This document shows positions 1 through 7,411 of a DNA stretch of 9,976 nucleotides, piece by piece (within the stretch, counting starts at the first letter, position 1; each line of letters starts with the position of its first letter). Location: positions 1 to 9,976 of the forward strand of contig NW_021827708.1 of assembly GCF_006345805.1 (NCBI RefSeq). Reading direction: 5' to 3'. The notes below the pieces were generated by a model. It searched no databases, was not told where the DNA came from, and saw nothing but the letters and a program-made list of their open reading frames with translations. The position numbers and the translations under genes were made by a program. The DNA is from Octopus sinensis. Taxonomy: Eukaryota.

Positions 1-40
1 TTATTTTGCATTTACCTGTGATTTCTCACTCCTTACGCAT

Positions 41-81
41 ACATAAATATATGTATACACACATGTACATATATTACACAC

Positions 82-133
<52 letters not shown>

Positions 134-250
134 ATATATTACATATATATATATAATATATATGTATATATATTTCCTATCTATGTATATCCACACTCAC
201 ACATATGTATATATACTTGTATTATATATATATATATATATATATATATT
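41..250. repeat. Compound (TA)n/(CA)n/TATG microsatellite tract
   Basis: Long pure (TA)n run at ~88-124, plus interrupted TA/CA/TG alternations up to ~250. It explains the YI-repeat ORFs 6..350 and 197..400. Confidence 0.95.
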
Positions 251-418
251 ATGCACCATACCTAAAGTGAGACTCAAATTCCCTTGTATACTTTTTGTGA
301 TTTGTCTTTTCTTGATGTCACAATATCTTGATGTTACACAAAGAATGTAGGTAAGTGGCGAGATAAGGTGACGAAGAACCGTCCATCGTTCAAGATACAC
401 ATTCAGTCAGTTGCATGC

Positions 419-475
419 AGATATATATATATGTATGTATGTATGTACGTATATGTATGTGTGTGTGTGTGTGTG
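419..475. repeat. (TA)n-(TATG)n-(TG)n compound microsatellite
   Basis: Read directly from the sequence; it abuts the 5' end of the SINE at 475. Confidence 0.9.
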
Positions 476-677
476 AGGGTGCATGGTCTATTGGTTAAGG
501 TACTGCATTCACGATCTAGCGATCATGACTTCAATTCTTAGATGGTTGCTGCTTTGTGTTCTTGAGCAAAATACTTCATCTCACATTGCCCTGCAACCAC
601 TTCGACACCTGACGTGTGGCACACTGCTCAGACAACGTTGATTTGATGGAGATAGTGAGCTAATGTGCGGCACAACA
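475..677 (+). mobile_element. tRNA-derived SINE, CORE-like central domain, degenerate copy 1
   Basis: A-box-like TGGTCTATTGG at 484-494 and a degenerate B-box at ~527-537. The block 554-591 matches 2259-2296 of SINE copy 2 at 33/38 nt and resembles the CORE-SINE motif TTGTGTCCTTGGGCAAGACACTT. The 3' boundary is approximate. Confidence 0.75.
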
Positions 678-926
678 GAGATGGAGACGACTTACAACTA
701 AGTTTCTTTCATTATATATGCAAGATTTCTTTCTCCTAGAAAACTAGGAGTCCTTACCAAGTGGTCCACATGCTTGTTAACCTCTACCTGGGACCCTAAC
801 ATATGCTGTAACTCTCAATCTCTCAACCTGAGTAGGCTTAAGATCATAGGATGCAGTTTGAAGTCAACACACTCACGCACACACACACATGTCTGCATAT
901 ATTATATTATATTATATATATGAATA

Positions 927-2178
927 CAGTGGTCCTCAAAATTATTGGTACACTTGTTAGTTTTTGTGATGTTTTATTTTTGTGATGAAATAAATGCCTT
1001 TTATCAAGTTTGTTCATGAGTTATTTGTGACCAACAAATGAAAGAATTACAAAACACAATTCAAGAAATTTCCCCTTTCATGGATTTTCAAAAGATGCCA
1101 TGTCCAAATTTATTCATACACAAGGTTTACTGAGTACAATATCTTTCTTTAATAGTCATTAGTGTAGATTTTGTTTCTTTTAGACGATTCTTGTACGTGT
1201 CCATAAGCTTCCTGCATGTCTCCTGTGAGATATTGAGATATTGGCCCACTCGTCCTTGGTGAAATCCTTGGTGAAATCAGATTGGTCAGTTTCCTAGACA
1301 TGACTCTAGTCTTCAAGTCTCGCCACAAGTTTTCGATTGGATTCAGGTCAGGATTCATTCTAGGACGTTGATATCAATTGTCCTTGAACAATCTATTCAC
1401 TACCTTGGCGGTATGTTTCGGATCATTGTCCTGCTGGTACTTCCAGTTGTGGCCGAGGTAGAGCTTTCATCAAGGACCCTGATGTAATCTTCCTTTCTCA
1501 TTATTCCTTGGACCTTTCACAAGGTTCCCTGTGCCACTGGAAGAGAAGCATCCCCATTGCATCCACCACCATGCTTGACGGTGGGCACAGGGTTTTTCGG
1601 CTTATATGCCTCTCCTTTCATTCTCCGGACGTATTGAGCATTCATATGGCCAAATAACTCCAACTATGTCACATCAGGCCACAGCATGGTTGACCAAAAC
1701 CTACGATCTTGCTTCAGGTGACCCTTAGCAAAGGCTAGGTGAGCCTCCAGATATTTCTTCCTGAACAGCGGCGTCCGAGGAGACCTCCTCTGCGCAAGTC
1801 TCACTCAATGGTGGACCGTGACATCTTCATCCCTGGCTGGTCAAGCGTTTCAATTAGGGCTTTATTTATGGTCCGGAGATTTTTATTAACCTCTCGGCAG
1901 ATTTTCCTGACAGGTTTGGGAGACACCTTACGATCTCTGCCACGCCTACCGAGGTTTTAACAGTGTTGAACCTCTTGTACTTGATCGTGCTCTGGACAGT
2001 TGCTACAGGGACATCATACTACTTTGAAATGGCCTTGTAACCCTTTCCTTCACTGTGGGCACGCACAAGGCGTTGACGCAGGTTCACGCTGAGCTCCTTC
2101 TTGACCAGGATGATCAGAAACTGAGAATGACCAGAACACTTTTCCTCCATTTATACATGAACCAGCTCAAGGCTTTGT
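927..2178 (-). mobile_element. Tc1-family DNA transposon relic (DD34E type), one end missing
   Basis: TA at 925-926 is followed by a Tc1-type terminus CAGTGGTCCTCAAAATTATTGGTACAC. A decayed transposase lies on the minus strand, with a TATAAAT-like box upstream of the start at ~2149-2155. The element stops at the SINE at 2179, and no partner TIR is visible downstream. Confidence 0.93.
1149..2108 (-). pseudogene. Tc1-like transposase pseudogene (multiple stops, frameshifts, deletions)
   Basis: Manual minus-strand translation gives: KKELSVNLRQRLVRAHSEGKGYKAISK*YDVPVATVQS (HTH), GRRGRDRKVS, FWSTMLWPDVT*LELFG (D at 1673-1675), PTVKHGGG, WGCFSSSGTGNLVK, WKYQQDNDPKHTAK (D at 1428-1430) and PDLNPIENLW (E at 1332-1334). 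The observed D-E spacing is 31 codons. Restoring the missing WPSQS gives 34. The start codon position reads CTG (2108-2106). Confidence 0.95.
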
Positions 2179-2380
2179 GGAGGCGCGTGGCTTAGTGGTT
2201 AGGGTGTCAGCATCATGATCGTATGATTGTGGTTTCCATTCCTGGACCGGGCTACACGTTGTGTTCTTGAGCAAAACACTTCGTTTCACGTTGCTCCAGT
2301 CCACTCAGCTGGCAAAAATGAGTAACGCTGCGATGGACTGGAGTCCCGTCCAGCTAGGGAGCATATACGCCATTGAGAGA
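2179..2380 (+). mobile_element. tRNA-derived SINE, CORE-like central domain, copy 2 (better preserved)
   Basis: A-box TGGCTTAGTGG at 2188-2198, degenerate B-box GGTTTCCATTCC at 2231-2242, CORE-like block at 2259-2296, then TTGCTCCAGTCCACTCAGCTGGCAAAAATGAGTA. It ends in an AG/TA microsatellite. Confidence 0.85.
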
Positions 2381-2418
2381 AAGAGAAAGAGAGAGATACA
2401 TATATATCTATATATCTA

Positions 2419-2471
<53 letters not shown>

Positions 2472-2497
2472 CTCTCTCTCTCTCTCTCTCTCCTCTC

Positions 2498-2566
<69 letters not shown>
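2381..2566. repeat. Compound (GA)-(TA)-(TCTA)n-(TC)n-(TA)n microsatellite
   Basis: Read directly; it explains ORFs 2261..2638 and 2373..2579. Confidence 0.95.
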
Positions 2567-2699
2567 TGTACGTACATAATTTACCTATATATCTTGTTGA
2601 CATCGGATTGTGTTCAAAAAATTATATACAACATATAGTTATATGTACTTAAGTATATACACAATTATATAGGTTGCCATAAACACGTGCCTGTAAATA

Positions 2700-2795
2700 G
2701 ACACACAAAACAGACACACACACACACATACACCTATACAATCATCTGTTTGTATATGTGTGTGATGTGTTTTATATATGTGTTATTGTAGGAAG

Positions 2796-2842
<47 letters not shown>

Positions 2843-2907
2843 GCATATATATGAAGAGAGAGAGAGAAATATATAAAGAAAGAGAATGGGAAGTGTGAGA
2901 CCACACA

Positions 2908-2960
<53 letters not shown>

Positions 2961-2968
2961 GCACACAC
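2700..2968. repeat. (CA)n, (TA)n and (GA)n microsatellite cluster
   Basis: (TA)n at ~2797-2840 and (CA)n at ~2902-2968. Confidence 0.9.
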
Positions 2969-3296
2969 AGATGATGAATGTGGCAGCGAGTGTAACAAGT
3001 AAGATTGTAATAACCTTGTCTTGCAGCTTATTAATGATTCACTCACGGCCACCTAGATATGTTTGATAACCTTATAAATGACAGGTAATACACACAAGCC
3101 ATCTCTTAATGTTGACCAATTAATTAAGCTGTCAGCATTGTTATGGAGATCCTATTTTTGGCCTATCGCCTATCACTTGATCCTTCTACTTAACTTTCGT
3201 TCTTTTGCTCTTCTTCAACATGTCAGCATTTGCTTAAACGCGGCCGATAGCCAATCGTTTCCATAACACTTGTGCCCTTACTCTTTTCACTATTTT

Positions 3297-3300
<4 letters not shown>

Positions 3301-3329
<29 letters not shown>

Positions 3330-3435
3330 CGTTGTCGTTGTCGTTGTCGTCGTCGTCGTCGTGGTGGTGGTGGTGGTGGTGGTGGTCGTCGTCGTCGTGG
3401 TGGTGGTGGTGGTGGTGGTGGTGGTGGTGGTGGTT
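3301..3435. repeat. 45-unit in-phase (GTN) trinucleotide array
   Basis: (GTT)9 GTC (GTT GTC)3 (GTC)4 (GTG)8 (GTC)4 (GTG)12 GTT, counted from the sequence. Confidence 0.97.
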
Positions 3436-3509
3436 AGTGTTCTTCCGATAAGTGATGCTCCTAAAACGTGTGTGACCTGCATTAATATGCAAATGAATTT
3501 TTAATACAA

Positions 3510-3967
3510 ACACACACACACACAGGCATATGTATATGTGTGTGTGTGAGTGTGTGTATGTATATATATATGCATTTATATATATATATATATATATGTA
3601 CGTTTCGTGGCTATAACTTCAATGTATATATATACATAGAAATATAAGCATAAGATCTCATATACCAATACATTTCACGCCGCTTGATACGAACAAATGC
3701 TTGATTACACTTATATACCTGCAGGTGTATATGAGTGTTCGTGTGTGTGAGATGTTATCTGTGTATGTATATGTGTGTGATATTATATGTGTGTGTATTT
3801 ATACATACAAGTATGTATATACTAGTAATAACCGATAACTTATATGCATATGTATATATATGTGTATATATATACGTATATATGTGAGTATACGCATATA
3901 AGTATATATATATATATGAGTATATATACGTATATATGGATGTATATATATATATATATATATCTAT
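3510..3967. repeat. Cryptic alternating purine-pyrimidine (TA/TG/CA) low-complexity tract
   Basis: Read directly; it is interrupted by short unique stretches at ~3600-3720. Confidence 0.8.
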
Positions 3968-5103
3968 AAAGATAACTTAGAGAAATTAGACCAAAGAAAG
4001 ACTGGCCTACACCATGTGAAACTTAATAGCACCACCTAACAGGTTCTACTAAGACATTTTTAAGTTAAGTTTTGTGGTATCATGGCCTATGTAATTTTAA
4101 GCAAATTACTGTATGAAACGGCTTTCAGCTTCGATGACTTCTTCAAAGCGGGACCGAAACCGCTAGCATGTTGATACTATAGAGTCCTTATTCATTTCGG
4201 ACATCACCTGGACTATGGCGGCCTTCAGTGGAATTATGGTTTTATGAGTATGACGATTAGTGTTCCTTTCAACAGTGCTCCACACGTGGTAGTGCATGGG
4301 GTTCAAATCTGGCGATCTTGGATAACTAGATCTGTGTGAGAAGGTGTTGAGTCTTGTTGAAATACGTATGGCCTTCCATTTAATACTTCATCAATGCAGG
4401 GCTTGATGTCTGTTTCCAGTACCTTAATGTATCTAGCAACATGAAATCTATGACCATGTGGAAAAAAGTATGGAGGCGTCACATGACTTTCGCTACTCAC
4501 CACTCCTAAAAAATCACAGTCGCTGGAAATTCCAGAAGGATCTGCACGTGACTGCCTGTCATTTCTTCTGTTAGACTTTTGATCTTGATCAAAGTATTTT
4601 CGTCAAAGAAAAACCAAAGCATGCTCAAAGGGAAAAACCCTCATGAACATCAATTTTGAACGGATGAGATGGTTTACCTGTGTCTTTACAAACACGAATT
4701 GGCCTTTTCTCATTACATAGGACTTGCATCGAATGTCACGGTGTACTAAAGTTAGTCCATTTCGACACACGAAGTTCTTTAGCAATGAACCTCATTGATC
4801 TGGTGTTTTCATTCATAATGTTTTGAACATGTGGTATAACTTCCGGTGTCCTTTTAGTGTCTGAACGTTGTGAATGTTTTTTTTTTTTCTTTGATACAGG
4901 TGAAACATTACCCTCACATGCCTTCAATTCCAACCGAACTTTGTGTATAATTGATCTTGCAACATTTAGAAGCATGTCTTTTCATTTTTTGAGTTAGCAT
5001 GATATCTGGAAAGGTTTATCTTAAAACAAAAAATGATGCATTAAATCATTTGAAGGTGTAATGAACTAAAAACGAAATGTCCTCAAATACCTATCGCACT
5101 TTG
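3968..5103 (-). mobile_element. maT/DD37D-like (IS630-Tc1-mariner) transposon relic
   Basis: The minus-strand terminus CAAAGTGCGATAGGTATTTGAGGACATTT starts at 5103 next to TA (5104-5105), about 100 bp upstream of the transposase ATG. The other TIR is not recognisable where the sequence runs into the TA tract, so the left boundary is approximate. Confidence 0.85.
4106..5000 (-). pseudogene. maT/DD37D-like transposase pseudogene
   Basis: Fragments read MLTQKMKRHA / LNVARSIIHKVRLEL / HSQRSDTKRTPE / DIRCKSYVMRKGQF / LWFFFDE (D 4602-4604) / FDQDQKSNRRNDR / GVVSSESHVTPPYFFPHG / GRPYVFQQDSTPSH (D 4351-4353) / SPDLNPMHYHVWSTVE (third D replaced by H, 4292-4294) / RFEEVIEAESRFIQ* (stop 4106-4108). 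The family call rests on motif likeness. The D-D spacing cannot be measured because of a deletion (about 55 nt if DD37D). Confidence 0.9.
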
Positions 5104-5229
5104 TATATATATGAAAGCAAATTCATGGACATCATTAAAGAGGGTACCGGCATTGATAGAAATAAGAGTCAAACTGACTCACAAGCCACAAGGGCACTAT
5201 CTTAATAAACTGACAAGGGAGACAAACCT

Positions 5230-5323
5230 CCCTACGGTCGCAGACATAGCCATACCACTAGTGATTTCGAATTTTGATGCAGAGCATCTTAATTCTCATC
5301 AGTGGCTTTAACAGCGCCTAGGG
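5230..5323 (-). ncRNA. Type I hammerhead ribozyme
   Basis: On the minus strand: helix I AGCCA(5307-5303)/UGGCU(5252-5248); CUGAUGA 5302-5296; helix II GAAUU/AAUUC, AA/AA internal loop, GAUGC/GCAUC, UCU loop, with the conserved G10.1-C11.1 pair (5295/5269); GAAA 5268-5265; helix III over palindrome CACUAGUG; cleavage triplet GUA, with the predicted cut between 5253 and 5252. Distal helix I pairs CCCUA/UAGGG (5323-5319/5234-5230). Confidence 0.88.
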
Positions 5324-5348
5324 TTAATAAATATAAGATAGATAGAGA

Positions 5349-5553
5349 CGTAGGGTGGTGAAGTGTTCTCGGATTCAGTAAAAGAAAATAGAAGAGGATC
5401 AGTTAATCATGATTTTATTCAATGTATTCCCCTCTCTGGTTTACACATTTATCGCAGTGGTCCTTCAGTTTTTCTGTGGTCCTTCAGTTTTTCTAAGCCC
5501 TGTAAAAGAACTTGGAAGGTTGGGACGCCAACCCTCCTTTCAGCACACCCTCA
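5349..5553 (-). mobile_element. Mariner-derived non-autonomous element (MITE-like internal deletion derivative)
   Basis: Imperfect inverted termini CGTAGGGTGGTGAAG (5349-) and TTTCAGCACACCCTCA (-5553), followed by TA at 5554-5555. The minus strand retains a mariner C-terminus LLQGLEKLKDHCDKCVNQRGEYIE* (stop 5415-5417) once the 19-bp duplication at 5457-5494 is collapsed. Confidence 0.8.
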
Positions 5554-5589
5554 TATGTATGTTCTTAGATATATATCTATGCGTGTATG

Positions 5590-5775
5590 TGTGTTTCGGT
5601 GTTTGATTATCGATGTTTGTTTGTTTACGTTGCAGTAAGGTTGCGGTTCGACTAAATAAATCTTTAACGTACCTGGATAAAACTATATCAGATGTGGTCG
5701 CATGCTCGACTAAACCCTACAAGACGGTTTCCCAGCATGGCCCTTGTCCACTGGCTAGAAAAATAGAAGATAAAA
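5590..5775 (+). mobile_element. Degenerate SINE 3' half
   Basis: GTTTACGT..GTAA..GCGGTTCG, GGTCG..TCGACTAAA and CCAGCATGGCC motifs, ending in an A-rich AAATAGAAGATAAAA tail. It resembles an abundant octopus SINE tail from recall and was not database-checked. Confidence 0.5.
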
Positions 5776-6140
5776 CATGAAAAAACAACTGGTGTGTGTG
5801 TGTGTGTGTGATATTGTAGAGATGTAATAACTCTTTATCCTTATATATATTTGTAACCCTAAGCAGTTAACCATACCTTTATGTCAAATGTGCGTAGATG
5901 TGTACAGTCGCTTATCTGTAGCCGACTATACTGATCTATGCACCGAAAAGAGTTCAACAGTTATTGTTAGCTATCGACAAAAATCTAACATACATGTACG
6001 GTTGACCCTTGTTTTTTCTACGTAGAAAATGATACGAAACATACAACTCAAAATGAGTATATGTATATTGTAATTAATATACTGCCGAAGGAACGAGGTT
6101 GATCCGTTCGTTGCTTCTGCTAAATATTGATATATGAAAA

Positions 6141-6152
6141 CACACACACACA

Positions 6153-6193
<41 letters not shown>
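6141..6193. repeat. (CA)n microsatellite
   Basis: Read directly, with one TA interruption. Confidence 0.95.
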
Positions 6194-6196
<3 letters not shown>

Positions 6197-6364
6197 TCGT
6201 TGTGCTCAAGAGATTTAAACTTAAGCAGGTAGAGGGCTAAATTGTAAGAAAAAGCAAGTTAGGCAAGATATTAAGTACATTTATAGATCCCTTGGTGGGA
6301 TCGGGGTATTTTTCGTAGACTTTTTCAAGGATTGCTTATCCATGCGTGTTATCTATAAGTAGCA

Positions 6365-6465
6365 TGTCTGTCTGTCTGTCTGTATGTATGTATGTATGTG
6401 AGTATGTATGTTATGTATGTATGTATGTATGTATGTATGTATGTATGTATGTATGTATGTATGCA
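6365..6465. repeat. (TGTC)n-(TATG)n tetranucleotide microsatellite
   Basis: Read directly from the sequence. Confidence 0.95.
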
Positions 6466-6779
6466 TGCATAATACTAATATATGAACATAATAGAGTATA
6501 GCATTCATATTTCTATACTATGTATATGTTTATGTGTGTGGGCAGTGTGTGTTTCGTGTGTGCTCCGTGTGTAAAATGATAGGTTGTCATACTTTGATAG
6601 CTACGTACATTAAACAATCGACAGGGAAACAAGTATAAATTTGGATAAACAGTTGCGTATCTATGTATATACATATAATATATGCAGAAAAAGTTCCCAT
6701 ATTGCAATACTTATACCGTACAAGTACATTTAATCCCTGTATTTGTATACATACACCTACATGAAAATACATATGCAAT

Positions 6780-7095
6780 ACTTATTTACCTATATATACA
6801 TGCATATTATATATATTATATATATATATACAAACATACTATATATCCATACGTGTGCATATATGTATATGCATATACATACATATGTATATATATAATC
6901 CATACATGTATATATAAACATATATATATATATGTACATATGTGTATATATATATCTATATATCTATATATATATGTGGATATATATATCCATACATGTA
7001 TATATAAATAATATATATATATATGTACATATGTATATATATATATATATTTTATATATATATATATATTATATATATATATGTGTGTGTGTGTG
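6780..7095. repeat. TA-rich cryptic microsatellite with internal ~90-bp duplication
   Basis: Read directly; it explains ORFs 6682..7011, 6816..7265 and 6932..7144. Confidence 0.9.
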
Positions 7096-7097
7096 GT

Positions 7098-7220
7098 GTG
7101 TTCCTGCTCGCTTAGCCAGCGGGGTGGCGTCCCTTGAAGGCTAAAACAATGCGAAGCGCATGTGACCAGCGATGTGTTACAACATCTGATAGCCTGGTCG
7201 GTCACGGTGATCACGGTGAT
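7098..7220 (+). mobile_element. Probable 3' end of a retroposon (SINE/LINE tail)
   Basis: GC-rich island between microsatellites, ending in a tandem 9-mer TCACGGTGA x2 (7202-7219), like a slippage tail. It resembles an octopus repeat from recall only. Confidence 0.4.
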
Positions 7221-7230
7221 ATATATATGT

Positions 7231-7411
7231 ATAAAAATACAAACTGGGACAAGAACGCAAAACATTTAGAAAACGATACAAAAAACACGAGCGGGACATT
7301 CGAAGCCTTCAATCTTCAGTCAAGAACCAGATCATCCTCGCAGTTTCGGCTGATTAATCTTGAGATTGCTCCAATCTGGCCAGCCCCAAGGAAAAACTAA
7401 GCTAAGTGCAT
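7231..7411. repeat. Probable interspersed-repeat terminus with stem-loops (family uncertain, possibly Penelope-like)
   Basis: Complex island between TA tracts with nested inverted repeats GGCTG/CAGCC and AGATTG/CAATCT. The family assignment is recall or inference. Confidence 0.35.

Noticed and set aside
733-750. Hairpin CTCCTAG-AAAA-CTAGGAG (similarly GATCCC/GGGATC at ~6287-6302)
   Set aside because: Isolated 6-7 bp stems are expected by chance in 10 kb, and there is no supporting context.
1739-1960. 73-aa plus-strand ORF
   Set aside because: It is the antisense of the Tc1 transposase pseudogene, with a GTG start and no independent support.
2179-2250. tRNA gene (also 475-545)
   Set aside because: A and B boxes are present, but there is no closing acceptor stem and the sequence continues into a SINE body.
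5111-5311. 66-aa plus-strand ORF overlapping the hammerhead
   Set aside because: It is short, has no recognisable domain, and the region is better explained by RNA structure on the opposite strand.
7291-7319. Possible second hammerhead on minus: CUGAAGA-UUGAAGGCUUC-GAAU-GUC
   Set aside because: It has GAAU instead of GAAA, lacks the G10.1-C11.1 pair, has only a 3-bp helix II, and has no helix I complementarity.
7134-7400. 88-aa plus-strand ORF
   Set aside because: It spans two unrelated repeat fragments and a TA tract, with no recognisable domain.
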